Positions 37,224 through 45,726 of a stretch of DNA of 64,000 nt are shown piece by piece; within the stretch, counting starts at the first letter, position 1, and each line of letters opens with the position of its first letter. Below the pieces are notes generated by a model, which saw only the letters and a program-made list of their open reading frames with translations, searched no databases and had not been told where the DNA came from. Origin of the DNA: a candidate division FCPU426 bacterium (GTDB lineage Bacteria; Oederibacteriota; JAAXVQ01; JAUVAV01). The DNA is taken from contig JBFLYH010000003.1 of NCBI GenBank assembly GCA_040756875.1, positions 96,001-160,000 on the forward strand, in the 5' to 3' direction. A program made the translations under genes and the position numbers.

Positions 37224-37258
37224 TGCCCCATGAAAAATCAGCGATTTTTCATGGGGTA
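37224..37258. terminator. Strong hairpin after bioD (terminator or RNA-stabilising stem)
   Basis: CCCCATGAAAAATC-AGC-GATTTTTCATGGGG, a perfect 14-bp stem, but with no U-tract. Confidence 0.4.
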
Positions 37259-37396
37259 GCAGGGCGCTAGCGGAATATATATGGTTTATTCAGCGCCCTG
37301 TTAACTTGTCTTTCCCCCCCGTGTGTTCTAAAATAAAAGCTCTGTTTCCTTTAACGGGCCGCTGATTCTGCCGTTGCTGTGGGGGAAGAGGTGCCT

Positions 37397-38413
37397 ATGG
37401 CTTTTCCGACGCCCGACCAATTCGAAGGCTGCCTGCTGGGGCAGGCCCTGGGCGACGCGGTGGGTTATCCGGTGGAAGGATACCCGCCGCTGATTTGCCA
37501 GCGGTACGTGGACGACATTCTCAACCGCGGACTGGCGGGAGAATGGTCCCATTACCCGTATCCCTTCGGCCAATACAGCGACGACACCCAGCTGGCCCGG
37601 GAACTGCTGCTGTCCCTCCTGCACAGCGAACGCTTCGAACCCGAGGACTTCGCGCAGCGCCTGTCGGGCCTGTTCAAAACCCATAAAATCGTCGGCCAGG
37701 GCAAAGCCACCGAGGCCGCGGCCAAGCGGCTGCTCCTGGGTTTTTCCTGGACCGATTCCGGCATCTACCCGCCCGCGGCCGGAAACGGCAGCGCCATGCG
37801 GGCCGCGCCCCTGGGGCTGTTTTACTTCGACCGGCCCGAGCAGCTGCAGCGGGCGGCTCATGACCAGGGCCGGATCACCCACCGCGACCCGCGCTGTTCA
37901 GCCGGCGCGGTGGCGATGGCCGGCGCCGTAACCCTGGCCTTGGACAACCAGCCGCCGGATCCCGAGGCCTTCGCCAACCAGTTGGCCCAGTGGATGGAAG
38001 CCTATGACCAGGACTTCGCCCGCCTGGTGAAACAGCTGCCCAACTGGGTTCCGCTTTCGATCGACGAGGCCTTTGCCGCGGTCTCGCCCCTGGGCGTGGA
38101 CCCGGAGTACCAGGGCATCTGGCAGGGCGTTTCGCCGTTCGTGGTCACCAGCGTGCTGTGGAGCCTGCTGTCCTTCCTGCGCACGCCCGAGGATTACTGG
38201 CAGACGATTTGCACCGCCATCCGGGTCGGCGGCGACGTGGACACCACCGCGGCCATGGCCGGCGCGGTGAGCGGCGCGCACCTGGGTTTCTCCGCCCTGC
38301 CCCAGCACCTGGTCAAGCGCCTGACCGACCAGGGCACGTGGAGCTTCGACCAGCTCCGCGGCCTGGCCCAAAAACTTCACGCCCTCAAAATACGCCTGCA
38401 GGAAGCCGCCTAA
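37397..38413 (+). CDS. ADP-ribosylglycohydrolase (DraG/ARH family)
   Basis: GCLLGQALGDAVG, YSDDTQL, GNGSAMR, ITH and GGDVDTTAAMAGA motifs. Confidence 0.92.
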   Translation: MAFPTPDQFEGCLLGQALGDAVGYPVEGYPPLICQRYVDDILNRGLAGEWSHYPYPFGQYSDDTQLARELLLSLLHSERFEPEDFAQRLSGLFKTHKIVGQGKATEAAAKRLLLGFSWTDSGIYPPAAGNGSAMRAAPLGLFYFDRPEQLQRAAHDQGRITHRDPRCSAGAVAMAGAVTLALDNQPPDPEAFANQLAQWMEAYDQDFARLVKQLPNWVPLSIDEAFAAVSPLGVDPEYQGIWQGVSPFVVTSVLWSLLSFLRTPEDYWQTICTAIRVGGDVDTTAAMAGAVSGAHLGFSALPQHLVKRLTDQGTWSFDQLRGLAQKLHALKIRLQEAA

Positions 38414-38450
38414 AAACCTGAGTTTTTAAACCCGGAGAGATGACTGTTTT

Positions 38451-39029
38451 TTAAGGATGGGATTGAACCGGCAGCCGGTAGTGCCTGGCCATTTGCCGGG
38501 TGTAAGGATGGAGGGCCAGGCCGGCTTTTCTCAGGTAGGCGAGTTTGGCCTGCAGCACCCGGCGCGCGGCCGCGTCCAAATCCTTCTCCGCCAGGCGGCG
38601 CAAGGCGGCCGTGCCTGGATAGGTCCGGCCGGGTTCGCTGTAGTCGGCGATGAAAATGAGCTTGTCCCAGGCCGTGGGCCGGGCCGCGCCCGTGGAATGC
38701 AAGGCAATGGCGCGGAGGAGCAAAGGATCGCGGAGTCCGAAACGGCGGCGGGCCAGATAAGCGCCCGCGGGGTTGTGCCAGAGGCGGGGGTTGGAGCGGG
38801 TGGCGGCCGGACAATGCCGGCCGCGGTAGCGCCGCAGGAGGCTGCGGAGTTCGCGTTCGGGCAGGTCGCGCGCCACGTCGTGCAGCCACCCAAGCGTTGA
38901 CGCGCGTTCAGGCGACAGGCCGTGCCGGCGCGCCAGCCGGGCCGCCAGCCCGGCGGTCCCGCGCGCGTGCGCGAAACGCCGGGAAGTCAGCCAGGGGCGG
39001 ACGCGGCGCGCCAGGGCCGCGCCGATCAC
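38451..39029 (-). CDS. yqeK: HD-domain protein, YqeK-type symmetrical Ap4A hydrolase
   Basis: RRFAH, WLHDVAR, LWHNPAGA, AIALHSTG and IFIADYSEPGR motifs. Confidence 0.85.
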   Translation of the reverse strand: MIGAALARRVRPWLTSRRFAHARGTAGLAARLARRHGLSPERASTLGWLHDVARDLPERELRSLLRRYRGRHCPAATRSNPRLWHNPAGAYLARRRFGLRDPLLLRAIALHSTGAARPTAWDKLIFIADYSEPGRTYPGTAALRRLAEKDLDAAARRVLQAKLAYLRKAGLALHPYTRQMARHYRLPVQSHP

Positions 39030-39205
39030 CGGCCCAGCGCCAGCCAGGCCAGGGCGAACATCAGGATTCCGGCCGCCACCCAGACGGCCAGGGTCCGCAA
39101 GGCCTCCCAGGGCGTGCCCGGAAGCGCCCGCAAGCGGGCGGCGTGTTCCGCCAGGTCCAGCTCCTGCTGCACGTCCTTGGCTTCCTGTCTCCTGCGTTTG
39201 GCCAT
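39026..39205 (-). CDS. Small (59 aa) membrane protein, C-terminal TM, coupled to yqeK
   Basis: GGAGG RBS, ATG 39205, hydrophobic C-terminus, stop overlaps the yqeK GTG; upstream TTGAAC-16-TAGATT. Confidence 0.6.
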   Translation of the reverse strand: MAKRRRQEAKDVQQELDLAEHAARLRALPGTPWEALRTLAVWVAAGILMFALAWLALGR

Positions 39206-39289
39206 GCCTGCCTCCAGTCGGGGGATAGTCGATCGCCTACAATCTACCACAGCGGCCGCAGAGTTCAAGCACGCATTTTGGGGAGGACG

Positions 39290-40180
39290 CTACACCTGCA
39301 GGCCGGTGAAGACCACGCCGCGGACGATGTATTTCTGGAAGGCGAAATACAGCAGAATCGTCGGCAGGGTGGTCAGGGTGACCACGGCCATGACGATGTT
39401 CCAGGGCTCGCCGGCTTCCACCATTTTCTGGACGCCCACCATCAGCGTGTACATCTTGGGGTCGTTGAGCACGATCAGCGGCCAGAAAAAGCTGTTCCAG
39501 GTGGTGATGAAACCGAAGATCCCGAGCACCACCAGGATGGGGCGCGAGATGGGGATCACGATTTTGCGGAAAATCATCCATTCCGAGCAACCGTCCAGGC
39601 GGCCGGCGTCGATCAAGTCGGTGGGCAGCCGCTCGAAGAAGCTCTTCATGATCAGGATGTTGAACGCCGAGACCACGGTCGGCAGGATCAGGCCCCAGAA
39701 GGTCGAGATCAGGTTCACGTTCGGCGTCTGGCTGGCCGGGAAATTCCTCATCACCAGGTACAGGGGGATCAGCAGGCTCTCGATCGGGATCATGAGCGTA
39801 AGCAGGAACAGGATGAGCAGGGTTTTTCCGAACGGCGGCTTGAGCTTGGCGAACGCGTACGCCGCCAGGGCGGAGATCAGCAGCTGGCCGATCACCACGC
39901 CGAAGCAGTGGATCAGGGAGTTGAAGATATAGGTGGCGAAAGGCACGTGCTGCCAGGCCACGAGATAGGAAGACCAGTCCAGCTGCCCGTAGAACCAGCG
40001 CGGCGGCCAGCTGAACATGGCCTGCGCCGGGGCCAGGGAGGTGGCCACCATCCACAGGAACGGCACCAGCACGAGCGCGGCCAGCAGGCAGGCGCCCAGG
40101 GTGCCGATCCACATGAAGGCGTTGACGCCCCAGTGCTTGCGGTCGGCCGAGGACAGCAACCCGCGCGGATAGATGATCAT
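39290..40180 (-). CDS. Carbohydrate ABC transporter permease (MalG-like)
   Basis: PFLWMVATSL, AAYAFAKL, LIDAGRLDG (EAA loop), WNSFFWPL and FQKYIVRG motifs. Confidence 0.93.
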   Translation of the reverse strand: MIIYPRGLLSSADRKHWGVNAFMWIGTLGACLLAALVLVPFLWMVATSLAPAQAMFSWPPRWFYGQLDWSSYLVAWQHVPFATYIFNSLIHCFGVVIGQLLISALAAYAFAKLKPPFGKTLLILFLLTLMIPIESLLIPLYLVMRNFPASQTPNVNLISTFWGLILPTVVSAFNILIMKSFFERLPTDLIDAGRLDGCSEWMIFRKIVIPISRPILVVLGIFGFITTWNSFFWPLIVLNDPKMYTLMVGVQKMVEAGEPWNIVMAVVTLTTLPTILLYFAFQKYIVRGVVFTGLQV

Positions 40181-40181
40181 T

Positions 40182-41993
40182 TCAGCCCACCTCCGGTTCC
40201 AGGCGGCGCAGCCTGAACAGCGTGATGAGCAGCAGCATCAAGAGCAGGAGCATGGACAGGGCGGCCGCGTACCCGATGTCCATGTAGAAGAAGGCCTGGC
40301 GGTAGATGTAGGTCGCGATCACCTCGGTGGAGTTGACCGGCCCGCCGTTGGTCATGATGTAAATTTCCGTGAACAGCTGCAGGGTGTTGATCACGGTGAT
40401 GATGAACATGACCGCGATCACCGTGCGCATGGCCGGCAGAGTGACGTGCCGCAGCTTGTCCCCCACGGTCGCGCCGTCGATTTCGGCCTCCTCGTACAGG
40501 GTCTCGTCGATGTTCCCGAGGGCGGCGGAATAGATCAGGATCGCCCAGCCGGTGTTCTTCCAGATGTACACCAGGGCGATCGAGACCAGCGCCAGGCGGG
40601 GGTCGGTCAGCCAGCCGATGTGGGGGTTGGGCAGGGAGAGGAACGCCAGCACCGCGTTGAGCAGCCCGAAGCCCTGGTCCATGATCCACTTCCAGAGAAT
40701 GGCCGCCGGAACGGTCGGCATGAGGAACGGCAGGAAAAATAGGAACTTCAGCATGCCCCGGCCGAGGCGCAGTTCGTGGATGAAGATCGACAGGATGATG
40801 GGCAGCCAGAAGCCGAGCGCCAGGACGATCAAGCAAAAACCGCCCGCGTGGAAGACCAGGGCGCGCCAGAACATTTCGTCCTGAAACGCCCGCACATAGT
40901 TGGCCACGCCCACGAAGACCGAAGGCCGGGTGGGCAGGTAGTTGAAGAACGAGATCAGCAGGCCCTTGAGCATGGGGTACCAGGAAAAGAGCGAAAACGC
41001 CAGAAACGCCGGCAACAGGAACACCAGGGCCGCGCGCTGGTACTTGGCCATGGGCACGCGTTCCTTCTGCGGCGCGGGCTCGCCGAACAGGCCCCGCATG
41101 CGGTCGGGCTTGGGAGGGGCGAAGGTGATGGGCGGCGTGTATTTCGCCAGTTTGGGCTGCTTGGGCTTGCGCTGGACCCGGCCCAGGCGGGCCAGAATCC
41201 GGCGCTTCAATATGTCCGTGTGGCTGATCTTCTCCTGGGCCGCGGCGGAAACCGGCGCCGGCGGTTCGGCGACCGGGATCGGGGAGGCGGGCGGCTCGGC
41301 GGCCGGTTCGGCATGGGCCGGCGCCATGAACGGTTCGAAGTCCTGCGCCATGGGGACCCATTCGATGTCCGGGGCGGACGGCTCGGCGGCCGGAGGGGCC
41401 GGCGCGACCGGTTCAGCCGGCGCAGCCGGCGGCGCAGGGGGAACCGGAGGGTGCGCGGCAGCCGGGGACAGGTCCGCCGGAACCGCGGGCCTGGGTTTGG
41501 GTTCTTTCACCGGCTGCGGCTTGGGTTCGGCCAGGAGCTCGGGCGGAACCTCCAGGGTCTCCCAGCTCTGCGGCTTCGCGACCGGGGGTTTCTGGGGCGG
41601 TTCGGCGACCGGCGTTTCGCTTCGGCCGCGGGACGCAGCGCCCGGAGCCGGCCGCTTGCCGCGGGACGCGGCGGCGGACTGCATGCGCGCGGTGCGCGGG
41701 ATCAGCCCGTCCAAATCGGATTCGCGTTCCTGGCCCGAGGGTTCGGCGTCGAGTTCCTCGTCCCGGGCCAGGATGGAGTCCTCGATTTTTTCGCGGTGGA
41801 AGCCGCGGCGGGGCGCCCGGCTGGACGGCGGCGCGGGGCGGTCCGCCTGGGCCGGCGGTTCCTCGACAGCCGGCGAAATCTGTTCGTCCACCAGCGAATT
41901 GAGGAGGTCGTTGATCTGGTCGTCCGTCTGGTTGGACAGCAGGCGGTCGAAGAAATCCGTGGGCAGCCGTTTGGGGCGTTGGGGCGGCATCAT
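40182..41993 (-). CDS. Carbohydrate ABC transporter permease (MalF-like) with ~310-aa Pro/Ala/Glu-rich N-terminal extension
   Basis: C-terminal half has FLLPA, FVGVANY, GLLNAVL, LYEEAEIDGA and MTNGGP; ATG 41993 overlaps the binding-protein stop. Confidence 0.88.
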   Translation of the reverse strand: MMPPQRPKRLPTDFFDRLLSNQTDDQINDLLNSLVDEQISPAVEEPPAQADRPAPPSSRAPRRGFHREKIEDSILARDEELDAEPSGQERESDLDGLIPRTARMQSAAASRGKRPAPGAASRGRSETPVAEPPQKPPVAKPQSWETLEVPPELLAEPKPQPVKEPKPRPAVPADLSPAAAHPPVPPAPPAAPAEPVAPAPPAAEPSAPDIEWVPMAQDFEPFMAPAHAEPAAEPPASPIPVAEPPAPVSAAAQEKISHTDILKRRILARLGRVQRKPKQPKLAKYTPPITFAPPKPDRMRGLFGEPAPQKERVPMAKYQRAALVFLLPAFLAFSLFSWYPMLKGLLISFFNYLPTRPSVFVGVANYVRAFQDEMFWRALVFHAGGFCLIVLALGFWLPIILSIFIHELRLGRGMLKFLFFLPFLMPTVPAAILWKWIMDQGFGLLNAVLAFLSLPNPHIGWLTDPRLALVSIALVYIWKNTGWAILIYSAALGNIDETLYEEAEIDGATVGDKLRHVTLPAMRTVIAVMFIITVINTLQLFTEIYIMTNGGPVNSTEVIATYIYRQAFFYMDIGYAAALSMLLLLMLLLITLFRLRRLEPEVG

Positions 41994-43309
41994 TCGCTCC
42001 GCTGCAGGGGGAAGAATTGTTCGTTCACCTTGAGGTTGAACGTCTGCACGTAGCTGTTCAGGTCCAGGGCCGGGTCCACCATCAGGGCCTGCAGCAGGTC
42101 GCGGTCCAGCGAGTCCTTGATCAGCGTCCACTCGGGAAAGAGCGGCTCATTGCGCACGTACTGCAGTTCCTCCTTCACCATGGCGAACTCGGGGAGGTTG
42201 AGCAGGTTGGTGGAGGCGGAAAAGGCGCCCGGAAAAATCGTCATCTTCAGTTCGTTCATGCGCACCCACTTCCACAGCTGGGTGGCCGGCGAGAGTTCGA
42301 AGCGGATGTATTTCCAGGCCGCGTCGCGCCGCGCCTTGGGAATCTGGGCGTTGATGATGTACACCTCGCCGCCCGCGTGGCAGGCCCGGACGCCGTCCGG
42401 CCCGGCCGGCAGGGGCGCCACGCCCGTGGCCGAAAAATCCAGGCCGTACTTGTTGATCAGCACAGGCAGCTGGATGGCCACGCCGGTCATCATGGCCACT
42501 TTGCCCAGCGCGAACATCTGCGAAATGTCCTCGTGGCTGGCCAGGGTGTTGGGCGGCAGGATGTGGTACTCGCGCCTGAGGTCGCGCCAGAACTGCAGGG
42601 TCTGGATGACTTCGGGCGAGGCCAGGTTGACCTGCCATTGCCCGCGCGGGTCGCGCTGCACCAGTTCCCCGCCGTTCTGCCACACGAAATCCATCAGGTC
42701 CCAGGTCGTGGAGGGCAGGCCCAGGCCGTACTGCCCTTTGGCGGGCACGGTGAGCAGCTTGGCGAACTCGACCAGCTCCTCCCAGTTCTTGGGCGGCTTT
42801 TCCGGGTCCAGCCCGGCTTCGCGGAACAGGTCCTTGCGGTAGAAGAGCACCGTGAAGTAGGTGTCGCGCGGCACGCCGTAGGTTTTGCCGTCGATCTGGG
42901 TGGGCTCCCAGACGCTTTTGGGAATATAGTCCCGCTGGTCCCAATCCACCAGGTAATCGTCCATGGGCGTGATGAACCCCTGCCGCGCCAGGATGGAAAG
43001 AGTGCCGACCCAGATGTGCATGACGTCCGGCCCCTTGCCGCCGGCCATGGCTGTGACGAACTCCTGGGGCGAAAACTCGCGCTCAATGCTGTTGATCTTG
43101 ATGTCCGGCTCTTCCTGCTCGAAGCGCAGGATATTTTCCTTCCACAATTGCGCTTCTTTTTCCTGGCGGGAGGGGGGTTTGTTCCAGACCTGGAGCGTCA
43201 GCCCCCGGGAGGTGACTTCGTTGACGAAATAATAATTTTGGAACCACACGGCCAGCATAAAGACACCCAGCAGGATGAAGAACAGGGTGCCGATGATTTT
43301 TCTCAGCAT
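41990..43309 (-). CDS. Sugar ABC transporter substrate-binding protein
   Basis: N-terminal hydrophobic anchor; GKGPDV, DGKTYGVP and LFYRKDLFREAGLDPEKPPKNWEEL motifs. Confidence 0.9.
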   Translation of the reverse strand: MLRKIIGTLFFILLGVFMLAVWFQNYYFVNEVTSRGLTLQVWNKPPSRQEKEAQLWKENILRFEQEEPDIKINSIEREFSPQEFVTAMAGGKGPDVMHIWVGTLSILARQGFITPMDDYLVDWDQRDYIPKSVWEPTQIDGKTYGVPRDTYFTVLFYRKDLFREAGLDPEKPPKNWEELVEFAKLLTVPAKGQYGLGLPSTTWDLMDFVWQNGGELVQRDPRGQWQVNLASPEVIQTLQFWRDLRREYHILPPNTLASHEDISQMFALGKVAMMTGVAIQLPVLINKYGLDFSATGVAPLPAGPDGVRACHAGGEVYIINAQIPKARRDAAWKYIRFELSPATQLWKWVRMNELKMTIFPGAFSASTNLLNLPEFAMVKEELQYVRNEPLFPEWTLIKDSLDRDLLQALMVDPALDLNSYVQTFNLKVNEQFFPLQRSE

Positions 43310-43343
43310 AAACTGCTCCTTGCGGCGCGCTTCCCTGCCGCCC

Positions 43344-43382
43344 GATCGTTACGATCATACAAGGGCCCGGCGCGGGTGTCAA
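43344..43382 (-). promoter_or_regulatory. sigma70 promoter plus overlapping palindromic operator for the sugar ABC operon
   Basis: TTGACA (43382-43377) - 17 nt - TATGAT (43359-43354); palindrome GATCGT-T-ACGATC at 43344-43356. Confidence 0.7.
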
Positions 43383-43425
43383 GCCGCCGGGCCCTGGCAT
43401 TCCTCGGAGATCGCCGCGGAAGGCT

Positions 43426-45726
43426 TTACTTCTGGATGATCAGCACGATTTCAGCCCGCCGGTTCTTGGCCCGGCCGGCCGGCGTGGTCTCCGGCGCCAA
43501 GGGGAGGCGGGCGCCGTAACCCACGATCTCCATCTTATCTGTCGGTATCTTGCAGGAATAATGTAGGTACTCTTTCACCTTGCGCGCCCGTTCCCAGGCC
43601 AGTTCCAGTTCCTGGCCCTTGGCTTCCTGGGTGTCGGTGTAGCCCTTGATCTGCAGCCGGTACTTGGTGGCGTATTTATTGACCGTCTCGGCCGCCTGCT
43701 GCAAGCGGCGGAAGTCGCCCACCTGGATGGTCGTCGAGCCGGAGGCGAAATTGACCAGCGTCAGGTGCAGGGCCAGGGCCCGGGCGGTTTCCTCCACGCC
43801 CACGTCCGTGCCCACGGCCAGCATGGGCCCGGTGAAGGCAAAGGCGCCGGCAAAGGTCACGGTGGCCTGGGTCTGGAAGTAGGAGCCCATGCCGACCACC
43901 TGGCCGTTTTGGTCGCGGCAGTTCCAGACCACGCGGGCCGGCGGAGAACCGGCGCCCGCCAGGCGGCGGACCAGGTTCTTGTCCTCGGCCCCGCGGATCT
44001 CGACCTTCCAGGAGGACACTTCCTCCTTGGGCGCGATGTTCAGGGTGAAGGTCACGGCCGCGCCGCCCTTGGCCTTGAGGTCCACCAGCCTGGGTGCGGC
44101 TTCCATGCGGATCTTCGGTTCGACCGGCACCACGGCAAAAGTCTGGCCCGCGCTCTGGGCCTGGCCCTGCTCGTCCGTGACCACCATCACCGCCTCGTAA
44201 CCGCCCTCGTCCAGGGTCCGGCCGGCCAGCACCGGCACCCAGGGAATTTCCCGAGGCACCTTGCCTTCGCCGCTGAAGGTCTGCAGTTCCCGGCCCTCGC
44301 GCGAACGCACGGACAGCGTCCAGCGCACGGGCGGCAGGTTCTCGGCCTGGCGCGTCCGGAAGTACAGGGTCTGGGGCTTGCGGTCCGCGAACACCAGCAG
44401 CCGCTTGGGCACCACCTGCAGGGCGATGCCGGGCAGGGCCGAGCGGATCAGGACCGCGGCCAAGGCCTGGCCCAGCAGCCCGTTCTGCGCGTCGAACAAC
44501 TCCAGGCGCGCCTGGTAGGTGCCTTCGGGGCACAGGCTGCCGGCCTGGTCTTTTCCGTCCCAGGGGAACTGCTCGGTGTATTCCTGGCCGGTCCATTCGC
44601 GGGCCACGGTCCCGTCCGACCGGGCGACGGTCAGCCGCCAGTGGTGGACCAGGCTCAGATCGCCTTCCATCAGCTTGAGCTGGAACACCACGGAATCCGT
44701 CAACGTGCCGCCGCGCGGCGAGAAGACCTCGGGCAGGGCCAGCAGCTCCAGCTTGATCTCCGGCCGGGCCGCCGGCGCGGCGGCTGGGGTCGGTTCGGGC
44801 GTGGGCGCAGGCGGCGCCAGCTGCGGCAGGCCGTAGCTGGCGGCCAGGCGGTGCGACCACCCCAGTTCCGCGATCTGCCCCACCAGCGAATACTGGATGT
44901 CCCAGTCCGCCACCCGCACGCCCGCGCCGAAAGTGAACGTGCTGGCGTAGGAACTGTTGACCATGTAGCCCGCGCGCACGCCCACGATGTCCTGGAACCA
45001 CCGCTCCACGCCCAGGCGCAGCAGGCGGGTTTCCCGGGCCTGCTGGCCGGAGCCGATCCACTCCAGGTCCACGGCCGCGACCGTGGAGGCGTCGGGCCGC
45101 CAGGCCGATCCCAGGACCGCGCTTTGCGGCACCTGTTCGCTGAACCCGTTGTTCCAGGCCAGGCGGGTGTCCAGGTCCGCGAGCGTCAGGGACACGGCCA
45201 GCTGCTGGCCCGGCGCCGGAGCCGGCAGTAGATAGCGCAGGCCCACGTCCACGCCCAGGCCCGAATAATTCAGCTCGGCCTTGGGGATGAACCCGAAGAG
45301 GAATTTCAGGCCCGCGCCCAGGCGCAGGCGCTCGTCCGGCGTGAACGGCAGGCTGCCGGCCAGGTGCAGGGCGTCGGCGTTGATCTCCGCGGCCTGGGAA
45401 AAATATTCGTGCTGCCAGTTGAAGCCGGCGGCCGCGCCCGCGGGCAGCGGCCCGCCGGCCGCGAAGTTCACCACCCGCAGCCGGCCGTCGTACAGGGACC
45501 CGAATGACGTCCCGAAGCGCCAGGCCGAAAGGTCGCCCAGGCCCGCGGGGTTCCACGCCACCGCGGTCTCGTCGCCGGCCACGGCCGTATAAGCGCCGGC
45601 CATGCCCATGGCGCGCGCGCCCAGGCCGTTGGCCCCGCCCTTCTCATACAGGCCCGCGTTCAGCGCCTGCGGCCACAGCAGGGCCGCGGCCAGCAGCCAT
45701 CCCCATCCGGAGCCGGGCCGCCTCAT
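43426..45726 (-). CDS. PorV/FadL-like beta-barrel fused to three FlgD-like Ig domains and a C-terminal OmpA peptidoglycan-binding domain
   Basis: Signal peptide; [28 protein letters not shown]; amphipathic strands ending [18 protein letters not shown]...WDGKDQAG...EGTY; C-terminal NFASGS...IKGYTD...RARKV...GYG...[10 protein letters not shown]. Confidence 0.8.
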   Translation of the reverse strand: MRRPGSGWGWLLAAALLWPQALNAGLYEKGGANGLGARAMGMAGAYTAVAGDETAVAWNPAGLGDLSAWRFGTSFGSLYDGRLRVVNFAAGGPLPAGAAAGFNWQHEYFSQAAEINADALHLAGSLPFTPDERLRLGAGLKFLFGFIPKAELNYSGLGVDVGLRYLLPAPAPGQQLAVSLTLADLDTRLAWNNGFSEQVPQSAVLGSAWRPDASTVAAVDLEWIGSGQQARETRLLRLGVERWFQDIVGVRAGYMVNSSYASTFTFGAGVRVADWDIQYSLVGQIAELGWSHRLAASYGLPQLAPPAPTPEPTPAAAPAARPEIKLELLALPEVFSPRGGTLTDSVVFQLKLMEGDLSLVHHWRLTVARSDGTVAREWTGQEYTEQFPWDGKDQAGSLCPEGTYQARLELFDAQNGLLGQALAAVLIRSALPGIALQVVPKRLLVFADRKPQTLYFRTRQAENLPPVRWTLSVRSREGRELQTFSGEGKVPREIPWVPVLAGRTLDEGGYEAVMVVTDEQGQAQSAGQTFAVVPVEPKIRMEAAPRLVDLKAKGGAAVTFTLNIAPKEEVSSWKVEIRGAEDKNLVRRLAGAGSPPARVVWNCRDQNGQVVGMGSYFQTQATVTFAGAFAFTGPMLAVGTDVGVEETARALALHLTLVNFASGSTTIQVGDFRRLQQAAETVNKYATKYRLQIKGYTDTQEAKGQELELAWERARKVKEYLHYSCKIPTDKMEIVGYGARLPLAPETTPAGRAKNRRAEIVLIIQK

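Noticed and set aside
37201-39236. Shared 12-mer ATAGTCGATCGC at 37201 and 39225
   Set aside because: A single short match with no extension or associated element; compatible with chance.
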